A stretch of DNA of 63,633 nt, filler included, from Octopus bimaculoides (lineage: Eukaryota): NCBI RefSeq assembly GCF_001194135.2. It is 7 parts of 7 records of this genome, joined end to end, with 100 filler letters (N's around TTAATTAATTAA, not from the genome) between each part and the next. Parts side by side here need not be neighbours in the genome. Positions count along the whole stretch, not along the records: positions 1 to 18,689 come from NC_069001.1; positions 18,790 to 26,148 come from NC_068996.1; positions 26,249 to 35,071 come from NC_068982.1; 4 more parts are not named here. One strand, written 5' to 3'. Under the pieces are notes generated by a model, which did not search any database, had not been told where the DNA came from, and saw only the letters and a program-made list of their open reading frames with translations. Both the position numbers and the translations under genes were made by a program. Of the stretch, positions 13,618 to 26,563 are shown in pieces (positions within the stretch are counted from its first letter, which is position 1; the number at the start of each line of letters is the position of its first letter).

Positions 13618-14531
13618 GGTAATTCGATCTCAAAGACTCTTTGCATTCCTATTCAGTTCAATGAGGATCGATTGGACGAACTCATTTACAAGAGACAGCA
13701 CCAATCCACACGGAAATTGACTCAGCAGATGGGATATCCTGGTGATACCATTGTCTGTCACCTTCACTCGATTGGCGAGGTCCAAAAACTCAGTACAAAT
13801 GTGCCACACGTTCTGAATGAAGCTGAAAACACTAGCGTCCCTCAGTCGCTGCCTGTTTACTCGCTTGACTCCAGGTTATTCGTGGACACCAGTAAGGATT
13901 TCATCGTCACCGGTGATGGAAATTAAAGTCTTTACATCAATATGAAACAGAAGAAAAAATAGCTGAGTAACAATACCTCAAGCCAAGCCAGGGCTGAATC
14001 CACATATGTCATTGATATGCGTTTTGTGAGACTCGAAAGGGCTAATCTACTACTAAATGCTTAAAAAGAACCACACAATCAAAGCTGAGCTTTACGTTCG
14101 GCAAGTACACGGGCACCACAAGGCGATGTAGCTGAAATCACTTGATCGGCAACACGGTGTGTTTTTCAACAGGGCAATACTCGCCCTTCAGGTTGAAAAT
14201 TCAACCAAAATTCTGTTAAAGATCTCCGAAAGATTCACTGCGTTCAAAATATACTGCTGAATTAGCGATTTCAGATTATCACCTGTTTTGGTCATTCAAA
14301 AACAGTCTTCGAGGCATTTCGTTCAACAACGCTGTGGAGCTGCAAACGTGGCTCGATGAATTCTTCAAATCAGGACCCGGTTATTTTTGCTATTAAGACA
14401 TTGATAAGCACGTGGAACGTGGGCAAGAAATTGTGAACAATGTAGGGGAATATATTCTGGACGGGTTTGTTAAGATTGTTGATGAAAAATAAATGGAATA
14501 AAACGAACGAATTTATCTCACAACCAAATAA
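13618..14531 (+). pseudogene. mariner transposase, remainder plus right end
   Basis: GN-DLKD...IQFNEDRLDELI...STRKLTQQMG...NVPHVLNE (WVPHEL-like), IVTGD, SDYHLF (YSPDLAPSDY-like), ELQTWLDEFF, QEIVNNVGEYI. Confidence 0.85.
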
Positions 14532-15940
14532 TCTCCTTTATCATTAGGAATGCTTTCATTCGCTGAAAGATTCGAGATCTGAATTTATGCTTTAACTATT
14601 CTGTTTATGTAAAGATTAACTTTTTTTATGTATATATTGGTAACTCATATTCATTTAGTTTATAACAACGTAAAACATAGATCAGGAATTTGAGAAAGAG
14701 TTGTATTTTCAAGATGAACGATCTTAATATTTTCCAAGCGGAATAGCAAGTTTATAATTTCTAAAGAATTTGGGGAAGCGTGTTTTTTTCCAAGTTTTTT
14801 TTCTCCAAATCTAAGGAAGAAGAATTTATTATAGCGGATAGAGAACAATCGCTGTACACACAACCGCCTATGTCTGGAAAGGCTTTTATTGCTTTCTAGA
14901 ATAAAGAAAATCCACTATATTAATAGCCTGGGGTGAATCACTGGAGCCCATTGTGGTGTTCAAAATTATTACTCATAGAATTGAATTTCTGGCCCAGTAT
15001 TTACCTGTAATTAGATTAATATCTTCCTCGTACTTAATATCTATTTCATTATATGTTAAATTAGAAATTTACGAGCAAATATATCTTAATTAAAACTCCA
15101 AGAGATATAATAAAGAAATAGTAATTACTAACATCAAACTTGCTTGAAGGGATTTTTCGTCTTAATTGGTAAATTAACAAATCAGTAAATTACTTCCCAG
15201 AGTTATTCCACAGAGTGTGATTAATTTATCATTTTTAGTAAAATGTTGTCTGATTTACTAATTCTACCTAAATCTGACATTGAACGGCTAAGCAATTTAA
15301 TACATGGATTTTCTATTAAGCATGACTTGGGCGTGTGTTTCTTACGTTCAAAGTGACGGCTTTTAGGTTTAAAAGGTTTTATTCAATAAAGAATATTATC
15401 TAATTCATTACCCTTGTTTTGTGTTTTCCAGATCATATTGCCTACCTTTTTTTATGTTTTGTATTTAATTCCTATGTATAAAGTCTTAAAACTCGTTCTA
15501 GCCTATACTGTACAGATTTCTCGTTTATTTGAGTGTATGCGCAACTGAAGTGAGTGTTTGAGTTGAGAGACTTTTCAAGAACTTTTGGAAGTCGTTGTTG
15601 GAGTTGTTAAATCAAAGCTGTTTCTAGATTCAAGAGGTACTTTTCAGAATGTTCTAGAAGCGAGTTATGTAGTTTAATTGTGTCATATACATACCTTGAA
15701 GTTTCTCTATGTATTGCGTCGTTATTAGTTTGTTAGATATTGAGACTACGTCTTTTATGCAGGCTTAGAAATGTGGGTTTTGTTAGTAGGTGAGGAATTA
15801 TAAAAGCATGACAATCATGCACAGAAGTACCCAGGTAACGAATGAATTTTCCGAATCAGCCGACATGGTCATGGGCATCTACATAGAATATTTTATAGGC
15901 AATTAGATTAGGGTAGCGTAGATTATAGATGGGTAATCTC

Positions 15941-16540
15941 GGATCTTTTTTAAAACGGGGGCCACATTTTTCATTAATGTTTTACGTAGTGTTTTTGGTA
16001 CCGAAAGACTTTCAAACTTCGTATACTTATCTATTTTGTGTTATAGAACAGAAAAATATTTTTGTATTCGAATTTATTTCATGTAAAAAATTGTCTTATT
16101 TCGATAATTTCAACCAATCACTGACAAGTATTCAGTTGTTTATATTTACTCCTTTGGCTGATTAAGCCATAGCTTCGTTTTATTTGCTTTTTCATTTTAA
16201 ATTTGCTTTTTTCATTTTCTTTTTTTTTTCTTCGTTTTATTTGCTTTTTTCTTTTTAAATTTGCTGTTTTACCCTAACCCTAACCCTAACCCTATCACCG
16301 ATAGAATTGTTTCAGAATCGTTTATGTAGTCGGCACTTAATGTATATCGGCTGAATGGACGTCAGTGATTGGTTGAAATTACAGAAATACGACAACTTTA
16401 ACATGGAATAACTTAGGGATTTCTTTTTTTTTTAAGAAGACTAAGAGAAAAAGATGTTTTATATGACACATTCTACCAGTGTTCCAAGTTTCAAAGTGTT
16501 TCGTTAATGAAAAATGTGGCTCCCGTTTTAAAAAAGATCC
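15941..16540. mobile_element. 600-bp MITE, GG-starting TIRs, 8-bp TSD (Merlin-like), internal (CCCTAA)n
   Basis: TIR ggatcttttttaaaacgggg-gccacatttttcattaa at both ends; perfect TSD GTAATCTC at 15933-40 and 16541-48; internal IR aatttcaaccaatcactgac / gtcagtgattggttgaaatt. Confidence 0.85.
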
Positions 16541-16832
16541 GTAATCTCTACCGCAGAATAAACAACACGAAGGCCATCAAATAAGAAGACGTTACTCATG
16601 AGAAATACTCACAATGGCTGTAAGAGAAAAGTGTTGACTAACAACAGACACATCAATAGCACAAAAATATTGACTAGAAGGCAAAGGGAAAAAGAGCCGA
16701 AACAGACGCCCAAAGCCAAAGTCTTAACACCAAGTCATACCAACATCGCAACATCAAAGTAGTACTAATGTTACAGCAATCAAAAAATTAACAACAACGA
16801 TTATGACAACAACAACATCAACATCAATAATA

Positions 16833-17040
16833 ATCCTTTCTAAGGCACGAGGCCTGACATCAGGAGGAGGAGTTAAGTCGATTACATCAACTCCAGTGTT
16901 TCATTGGTACTTAATTTATTAACCCCAAACGGATGAAAGGCAAAGTCGAACTTGGCGGAATTTGAACTCAAGACGTAAAGACGAAATGCTGGTAAACATT
17001 TTGCCCGGCACGGTAGCGATTCTGCCAGCTCGCTGCCTTA
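16833..17040 (-). mobile_element. SINE family B
   Basis: Reverse complement of family B head and core. Confidence 0.85.
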
Positions 17041-17070
17041 ACAACAACAATAACAACAACAATGACGACG

Positions 17071-17132
<62 letters not shown>
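17041..17132. repeat. (AAC)/(AAT)n microsatellite
   Basis: Directly visible. Confidence 0.95.
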
Positions 17133-17134
17133 TT

Positions 17135-18460
17135 CATGTGGAAAACTTTTGGCCACTGTTCTCGTGATGAGAGCTATATTTCAAGGAGACAGCCTATCAT
17201 CATCACTGTTTGTAATTTGTATGACACCCCGCACACAGATGCTATGGAAAGTGACATCGGGGTACACTTTGAAAAGTACGAGCTTGTGGAAATAGACAGG
17301 AAAACTAGAAATGTGAGGGCACTTAACAGACTGTGTGTGCCTAGAAACAGGGATGGAAGAAGTCTCATAGGATGCAAGATCTGGATTGTCAACGAGAAGA
17401 ACACTCTGAGATGGTATATCAAAAAGCGGAGTGAATCCTTGCTTTGCCACCAAGAGAATTAACAATATAATGCCGACCGGAAATGTGATGCACCCACAAA
17501 CATTTAAGAATCAAGATGAAGAAGAAAGAGTAAACAACTGGAAAATGAAACCACTGGATGGATAATACCTCAGAGAAATCGAAGGAAAAGACAAGATTAA
17601 CACTCGGTGATGGCTAAGGAAGAGTGATCTGAAAATATGCACTGAAGCATTGATATGCAGCGCTCAGGAACACGCTCTTGAAACTAATTACACCAAGTTC
17701 CAAATAGATCAGAATAGCAAATCAACCCTTTGTAGGATGTGTGGCAGTAGAAAAGAAACAATCTCACATATCGTGAGTGAGTGTAGCAGGCTGGCCTAAA
17801 ATCATTACAAAAGGAGGCACGATAACGTGGTTAAGTTCGTCCACTGAGGGCTATGTGAAAAGTACGGCCTGAAGAGAGTACGGAAATGGTACGAATATGA
17901 ACCAGAAGAAGTCACTGAAAATAAGTAACATAAGATACCGTGGGATTCTACAATCCAATGGGACTCCCTAATCAAGACTCGGAGATCAGATATTGTGGTA
18001 GATAAAGGATAAAAAGGAAACTAAGATCATAGATATTGAAATACCTAGAGATGCACGCATAAATGACAAAGAACTAGAAAAGATGAAAAAGTACAGACTA
18101 CTAAAAAACGAAATTGTAAGAATGTAGACTATGAGGAATGTGTCTGCTATTCTAGTAGTTTCAGGGGCACTCGAAGCACTAACAACCAAGTTCGAGAAAT
18201 ATGACAAAGAAATTGGAATTGAAATGAGAGCAAACCAAGCCCCCCAAACTGCTCTGCTGGGAACAGCTAAAATTTTGAGATAGGTAATTGGATGTTGAAT
18301 GTCTCCCTCTTAATTAACAACTAAATATCAAAGCTTATAACGTGCGGAAAAAGACCTTGTGAGACCTCTGACAGCGGGCTGAAATATGCACTTACAGAAT
18401 CTACCCAGAACAAACAAAACCGAAAGTTCTGAGAAGTAAAACAATAACGATAATAATAAC
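17135..18460 (+). mobile_element. R4/Dong-type RLE non-LTR retrotransposon, 5'-truncated, internally deleted
   Basis: RAIFQGDSLS; WLRKSDLK..TEALICSAQEHAL.TN; CRMCGSRKETISHIVSEC (CCHC); RHDNV; RRSDIVV..IIDIEIP (RLE); ALLGTAKILR. Short AAT-type tail. Confidence 0.88.
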
Positions 18461-18655
18461 CCTTTCTACAAGGCCAGAAATCTGGTGGGAGAGAGTCAGT
18501 CGATTAGATCCCACTGCTCAGCTGGTACTTATTTTATCGTTCTCGAAAGGATGAAAGGCAAAGTCGAGCTCCGCGGTATTTGAAATCACAACGTAGCGGC
18601 AGACGAAATGCCGCTAAGAATTTCGCCCGGCGTGCTAACGATTCTGCCAGCTTCC
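18460..18655 (-). mobile_element. SINE family B
   Basis: Reverse complement of family B head and core. Confidence 0.8.
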
Positions 18656-18656
18656 T

Positions 18657-18689
<33 letters not shown>

Positions 18690-18789
18690 NNNNNNNNNNN
18701 NNNNNNNNNNNNNNNNNNNNNNNNNNNNNNNNNTTAATTAATTAANNNNNNNNNNNNNNNNNNNNNNNNNNNNNNNNNNNNNNNNNNNN
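18690..18789. other. Artificial scaffold linker (44N-TTAATTAATTAA-44N)
   Basis: Fixed 100-nt format; the 12-mer places stops in all six frames. Confidence 0.95.
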
Positions 18790-19189
18790 ATATATATATA
18801 TATATATATAAAGATATATACATTCGCACACAATCGTATATGCACATTTGTAAGTATATATATATATATAAATAACTATGAATATCTGTTTGTGTGCGTG
18901 TGCGTGTATGTGTGTGTGTGTGTGTTTGTGTGTGTGTATGTGTGCATGTGTGCATGTGTATATATTGTGTGTGTGAGTTTATAATGCTTGACTGCATATG
19001 AGCTCCTTGAACCCATACGTGAGTATACCGAATGATAAGCGATCAACGATAGATTGTGTATCATTTTGATTAAGTTTGTTCCCACGGAAGACTAACAAGT
19101 AAGGAAGAATACGTAGCACAATATCCTCTTATTCCTGTTTTATTATTTCTCAAGGCGCTCCACATCAGGGAATATAACAAAACATATGA

Positions 19190-19577
<388 letters not shown>

Positions 19578-20156
19578 ATTTTCTTCTTCTTTGTCGTCAT
19601 CGTCATCGTCGTCATTGCTAGTTTATATTTATAACACACACAAAAAAAAAAATAGATGATAGAGAAAGAAACAAACCAGATTTATCTTCTGGAAACAAAA
19701 AAGAAGGAAAGAAAGAAAAAAATGCGATGACATTCAACCGTAGGGTACTCCTGAACCAGCTTACGAATCGGGTACGATTTAGGTACGATTTAAGTCTAAT
19801 ATATTAAACACTGCTTTCATATAAAAGTTATATCCCTTGGTAATTTTTTCATCGTCGTTCATTTTTTTTTAATATGACGTCATAAGATTTTTTAACACGA
19901 AAACCTAAGTATTCCCAAAAATAAAGTTAGGGTCTTTTATTTTATATTTTTATTTTATTTTTTTCATCCCAAGACTGTTGCTTTTGATTCTCTATTAATG
20001 TTTACTTTACAAGATAAAAGGTTCCAAGAACTGGAGTTATTCAGTTCTTGGAGTGTTTTGTTCCAGTTCTTCAATTCGGTATTTTACTTTCGCCTTCATT
20101 TCACACACCGTTCTCTTTTGTTGTGATTGTTGCTATCGTTATCGTCGTCTTGTCGT

Positions 20157-20188
<32 letters not shown>

Positions 20189-20342
20189 CTGCTGCTGCAG
20201 TTTAGCTCCAGATCAGTCTGATCAAGTAGAACTATGATTAAAAGCGTTCCGACCATGACTAACATAATTGTATGCGTTCTCAACACCTTTGTTACTATTA
20301 TCCAAGGTCGTCACTTGTCGTACCTTCTGACTCTAGGATCAC

Positions 20343-21090
20343 CACCACGTCACCGTCATAGTGTCGGACAGTAGGCACGTCGAAGTAATCAGCACTGCTC
20401 TAGAGGACTACGAGGTGGTGACACGAGCAAAAATCAACCAAGAAAAGTCAGCGGCATGCATCTCGGCACCTTGAAGAAGCAGACGCACATCGTTTGACGG
20501 TATTGTGGGTCACTGGATAGACGGGCGGACGGATCGGTTAAATTGTCCGAGATCTGGTTTGGTCCAGATCTTCAATCGAAGCGACATTGGATGAGAGGAC
20601 GAGCAAGGTAGTCAATCTCACTCAGAAATGGGTCGGGAAAAAGCTGTCTCTGAAAGATCAGGCAGTGAACGCTGCATCGCCTCCGTTATATCTTAACGAT
20701 TGACCATCGAGTTGTTTCAGTTCACGTCTAATCAAACTGGAGCTCCGCTTCTTCTTTTGTAGAAAGGACGCATTCCACTGGTTAGACCGCTCTTTTTACT
20801 GCGAACGCTCGTTGAGTGGAAAACTGGGCATGACGTTGCTTTTGTCGCGACGAGCACGCGTGGTCGCCTTTTGTCAGTCTCATTTTCCCACGGCTCAACT
20901 CTTTCAGAAAGCTACAGTCCTGGCTCGGTCGTTGACCGAGGCATGGCGTTTGGCACCTAGAGTGCCGTGAGTCACTCATAGCCCTTTACAAGTTGGGAAA
21001 TGCAGTCAAATGGAATTTCCACCTCGGCGCTGCACAGAAAGTTAGTAGCGGGCAAGTGTGACGAAGTCCTCGGAGAAATCTTAAGCATCG
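20343..21090 (+). pseudogene. Tx1/L1-clade RT fragment
   Basis: HHVTVIVSDSRHVEVISTALEDYEVVTRAKINQEKS (DD mutated to HH), IWFGPDLQ, KVVNLTQKWVGKKLSLK, SALHRKLVAGKCDEVLGEIL. Frameshifted. Confidence 0.75.
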
Positions 21091-21103
21091 ACAAGAATCA
21101 ATG

Positions 21104-21144
<41 letters not shown>

Positions 21145-21157
21145 CATCATCATCATC

Positions 21158-21380
21158 AAGGCAGTGAGCTGGCAGAATCGTTAGCACGCTGGATGGAATG
21201 CTCAGAGGTATTTCAGCCATCGTATGTTCTAGGTTCAAATTCCGCCGAGGCTGGTCGTCTTTGGTTTTCATCCTTTCAGGGTCGATAGATTAAGTACCAG
21301 TGAAACACTGGGATCGATGCAATCGACTACTCTCCTCCACACAAATTTGGGGCCTTGCACCTCCAGTAGAAAGGATTATT
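21158..21380 (+). mobile_element. SINE family B preceded by (ATT)n(ATC)n
   Basis: ggcagtgagctggcagaatcg ... ggttcaaattccgccgagg ... agaaaggattatta. Confidence 0.85.
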
Positions 21381-21532
21381 ACCTCCGCCTTAGCGGTTCG
21401 GTGTTATTCCTGGTAGGGTTTATGTGGGTAGCGGGTTACTACCTGTAACCTTAGATATCCACAAGTTTTCGGCAGTCTTTCAAGCGCTTAGGGCGCTCCA
21501 TCGTCGTCGCCGTCGTCGTCATCATCATCATC

Positions 21533-21843
<311 letters not shown>

Positions 21844-22198
21844 ACATTGTTGTTGTTGTCGCTGTTGTAAGTTGAATCTTCTAGTGAATTCTGTTGTTTT
21901 TATATTGAGACCGATATCACTAATGATAGGATAAGAAAACAAAATACGAAGAATGCAATAATGTTGGATTAAAAATACAGAAGATCAATAATGCAACATT
22001 TCAAACAGTATTAGATTTTAATAACGATGTTCATAACATTTATAATGTTGACCTGAAACACAGTCTAAAACACAGCTAAAACACAATCTGCTTAATGAAT
22101 TAAAAGGAATTACATAATGCAAATGATACAAACATCGTTATTTTAAGAGAAATATATAGTATTATATAAATACTGACACATACACGCACGTATATACA

Positions 22199-22260
<62 letters not shown>

Positions 22261-22986
22261 TGTCTGCGTGCGTGTGCGTGTATTACTAAATCACATTATA
22301 CTACGTTCTTCAAATCCTAGTAACGGAATTGGTGCATTTGAGTTAAGACGAAAGGTAAGAAGAGATGTATTTTAAAGAACACATGATATGAGCGATCTCT
22401 TTAAGTTGAAAAATTACAGCAAATAGTTCTCGCTGACATTGCTTATATCTTTCCTAAAACATTCAGCAAAAATATTTATTTTCTTTCCTTTATCTGTCTT
22501 TTAATTTTTTTTGTTTTATTGTTTACTTAATGTTTTTCATCATTTTTTTTCTTTTTTTTTTTTTCTAAAATCGCGATAAAGATTCTTCAAGATAACTACT
22601 TCATACCATCTCTTACTCGCTACCCGCCACGTCTTTGGATGAGCAGAAAAGTAAATAAACAGCTCTACCCCATGCGGTTTACTCTCTCAAAGGTGGTCGA
22701 GTTGGTGCAAACGTAGAGTACCTGATTGATCTAAACTTGTAGAAAGTTCTACAAACTATCGTTTACTGTTCGGCATCCTTATCAAGGTTGATTGAGTCAG
22801 GAACGACAAAATTGGTGCCGGCATCATAATGGCATTCGTGAAAGCGACAATTATTTTTTCTGAAATAACACCTACGGTCGGGGGCACGGTCGCATGGCTA
22901 ACATGTTCAGTTTGCAATTACTGAAGTGGTTGCGAGTTCGATCCATCGTTGTAGAAACTTGAGCAAGTTTCTGTTGCTGTATCCTC

Positions 22987-23330
22987 AGGCGTGGCTATAT
23001 GGTAAGAAGATTGCTTCCCAACCACATGGTTCCAGGTTCAGTCCCACCGTGTGGCACCTTGAGCAAATATCTTCTACTATAGCCTCGGTGCGACCAAAGC
23101 CCTGTGAGTAGATTTGGTAGACGGAAACTGAAAGAAAACTGTAGTGTGTGTATGTATGTGTGCGTGTGTGTGCGTGTGTGTGTATGTGTATGTGTATTTG
23201 TCCATCTCCACCGCTTGACAACCTATGTTGGTTTGTTTAAGTCCCCTGCAACTTAGTGGTTCGGCAAAAGACACCAATAGAATAAGTACCGGGCTTTAAA
23301 ACAAAAAAAAGAAAAGTACTACGGTCGATT
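22987..23330 (+). mobile_element. SINE family A
   Basis: ggcgtggctatatggtaagaag ... ggttcagtcccaccgtgtggcaccttgagcaa. Confidence 0.85.
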
Positions 23331-23691
23331 CATGGTGGTGGTGTGGTGTTGGTGGTNNNNNNNNNNNNNNNNNNNNNNNNNNNNNNNNNNNNNNNNNNNN
23401 NNNNNNNNNNNNNNNNNNNNNNNNNNNNNNNNNNNNNNNNNNNNNNNNNNNNNNNNNNNNNNNNNNNNNNNNNNNNNNNNNNNNNNNNNNNNNNNNNNNN
23501 NNNNNNNNNNNNNNNNNNNNNNNNNNNNNNNNNNNNNNNNNNNNNNNNNNNNNNNNNGAAGCAAATAAGAAGATAATGATCGACAGAGCCCTTGTGGCTG
23601 GAATTCGGTGGCCGAGAATTGAACGGAAGACCATTGAAGAGACTATTTCTCCCTTTGGTCGGGAGGCTTTTATTCCTCATCCGGTTTAAGA

Positions 23692-23905
23692 CGGCGAGCT
23701 GGCAGAAACGTTAGCACGTCGGGCTAAATGCTTAGCAGTATTTCGTCTGCTGCTACGTTCTGAGTTCAAATTACGCCGAGATCGACTTTGCCTTTCATCC
23801 TTTCGGGGGCGATAAATTAAGTACCAGTTACGCACTGGGGTAGATCTAATCGACTGGCTCCCTCCCCCAAAATTTCGGGCCTTGTTTCTAGAGTAGAAAA
23901 GACTC
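23692..23905 (+). mobile_element. SINE family B
   Basis: Near-consensus copy. Confidence 0.88.
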
Positions 23906-24111
23906 ATTATCCGGTTTGACATTACAATCCGGTCTTCGGGTGTCTTTAACATAAACCTCTGTGTTGGAAACACCCGGGTGGGGGCTTCCTTCCATTTTGA
24001 GGGTCACCACCAGCCTTTTACTATTCTCGAAGGCTCAGAAGAAAAATGAATAAACCTCGTAGGCGCTGCTCCTTCTTCTCACACTAAGAAATTAAATGAA
24101 ACTACTTTAAG

Positions 24112-24265
24112 GGAGGTGAAGGTACGTGACCAAGCGGTTAGAGTCTCGCACTGACGATCGCAAGGTCGTGGTTTCGATTTTCGGGCTGAGCCGTGATTTA
24201 TGACCTTGAGTAAAACACTCCATTTCACGTTGACCCAGGCCGGTTTAGCTGTAAAGGGTCTACCC
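24112..24265 (+). mobile_element. Third tRNA-derived SINE type, degenerate
   Basis: tgaccaagcggttagag (A box-like), ggtttcgatt (B box-like), then gaccttgagtaaaacactccatttcacgttg. Confidence 0.5.
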
Positions 24266-24409
24266 TGTTCGGTAATACACATTTACAGCTGAACTGGCTG
24301 TATTCATATTCAGAGGGCAAACTGGTGACCTCGGTCACTTATACGACGAGGGAACCGGGTAACCGGCCCTATGAGTTCTGAGAAACGAGAGAGTAATGCC
24401 CGATAGGAA

Positions 24410-24644
24410 TGATGATGATGATGGGGATGATGGGGATGATGATGATGATGATGATGATGATGGTGGTGATGATGATCTGTTAATGATGATGATGATGACA
24501 ATGATGAGGGCGATGATGATAGTGTTGATGATGTTGATGATGATAATGATGATGAGGAGGAGGAAGAGGATGATGATTATGATGATCATGATGATGGTGG
24601 TTATGATGAATATGATGATAATCATGATGATAATCATGATGAAG

Positions 24645-24698
<54 letters not shown>

Positions 24699-24871
24699 GA
24701 GCGATGACGACGACGATGATGAAGATGGCTATGATGACAATGATGAAGACAATGGTGATCATGACGACGATAATGATGATGTTGATGATGGTGATGACGA
24801 TCATGACTATGATGATGATGATGGTGATTATGATGATGAGGATGACGACTGTGATGATAATGATGATGATA

Positions 24872-24909
<38 letters not shown>

Positions 24910-24945
24910 GTGGATTGTGATGATGATGATGACAACGACAACGAT
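24410..24945. repeat. Degenerate (GAT)n tract
   Basis: Directly visible; source of the poly-M/H/D/I ORFs. Confidence 0.95.
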
Positions 24946-25493
24946 GATTTTCAAAGAATAGCTTAGGGAAGATAACGTAGTTTTCACAGAAAAAAAAGAC
25001 AAGAAACAAAACAAACAAACAAACAAACAAAAAAACACACACAGATAACATGAAATAAATAATAAAAATATATAATGACGGAAATAACAAGCGAAATTCA
25101 AATTAATTTTAAGTGTTTAAAACAAAAAACACAAAAAAACTAATAGCCCAAAAGCTTTAATCTATTTAAGATGCGTTGTGGTGATGAGATATTATTTTCA
25201 TTAATCCTCTGTGGGATAGCATCATTTCAGACACAATTTAATGCTAGCACTAATTATTTTCGGTGTATTTATACAAATTAGGTAGACGCAGAAATTGCAA
25301 AAGTTTAGAGCACACACATCTTCCAGTAACATAACTGTCTTCCAATTCCCACAGACATCTAACAAAGAAGAAGAAAAAAAAACGATAAAAATCTGCGCAT
25401 AATTATTTTGTAATATATATTTTTTACTTCCATTCCACTTCAGAGACTTATACACACGCGCATATGTAATACATACATACGTAACTATATGTA

Positions 25494-25531
<38 letters not shown>

Positions 25532-26148
25532 CATATATGAATANNNNNNNNNNNNNNNNNNNNNNNNNNNNNNNNNNNNNNNNNNNNNNNNNNNNNNNNN
25601 NNNNNNNNNNNNNNNNNNNNNNNNNNNNNNNNNNNNNNNNNNNNNNNNNNNNNNNNNNNNNNNNNNNNNNNNNNNNNNNNNNNNNNNNNNNNNNNNNNNN
25701 NNNNNNNNNNNNNNNNNNNNNNNNNNNNNNNNNNNNNNNATATATATATATATATATATATACATATATGAATATATATATGCAGGCATAGATAAGCATA
25801 CACACTCACACACACACTCACACACTTACACACACGTATATATACGCACATATACACATACATACACACATGCATACATATATACATGGATACACACACA
25901 TACATATATACATATATACATACATACATACATACATACATACATACACATAAATATATACATGCATACATACATACATACACACATAGATACATACATA
26001 CATACATGCATACGTACATGCATGCATACATGTATACATACATACATACATACACACACACACATACATACATACATACATACATACATACATACATACA
26101 TGCATATATACATACACAGGTGCCAAAGAACGAAACTCTTAGTGCATG

Positions 26149-26248
26149 NNNNNNNNNNNNNNNNNNNNNNNNNNNNNNNNNNNNNNNNNNNNTTAATTAA
26201 TTAANNNNNNNNNNNNNNNNNNNNNNNNNNNNNNNNNNNNNNNNNNNN
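26149..26248. other. Artificial scaffold linker
   Basis: 44N-TTAATTAATTAA-44N. Confidence 0.95.
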
Positions 26249-26320
<72 letters not shown>

Positions 26321-26324
26321 ATAT

Positions 26325-26520
26325 ATAGTTGAAATTTACAGAAAAACAAAAGACGAAGACAGGTGTATGAATAACAAGCAGGTACATTAGTTTGACGCTC
26401 GGGAAAATGCAAAAGTCTCTTACGTTTCGAGCCTACGCTCTTCAGCAGAAAGGAATAAGAGAAAATAAACGGAGAAAGAATGAAAAAAAAAACCTGTAGG
26501 TTTAGTGCTCAAGCATGGCG
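26325..26520 (-). mobile_element. Solo 3' terminal repeat of the PLE family at 628-3438
   Basis: Reverse complement aligns with 3240-3438. Confidence 0.8.
26416..26453 (-). ncRNA. Minimal type I hammerhead motif
   Basis: Minus strand: tttctg CTGAAGA G cgtaggct C GAAAC GTA agaga; single G-C helix II closing pair and palindromic ACGT helix III, the PLE minimal-HHR pattern. Confidence 0.65.
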
Positions 26521-26563
26521 AATGATTAGAAAAAAAAATGTTTGAACGAAGAGGTTAGAAGAA

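Noticed and set aside
16271-16294. True telomere or fusion scar
   Set aside because: Only about four units, inside a MITE with TIRs and TSD.
18734-18745. TTAATTAATTAA palindrome recurring six times
   Set aside because: Always centred in exactly 88 Ns; an assembly linker, not biology.
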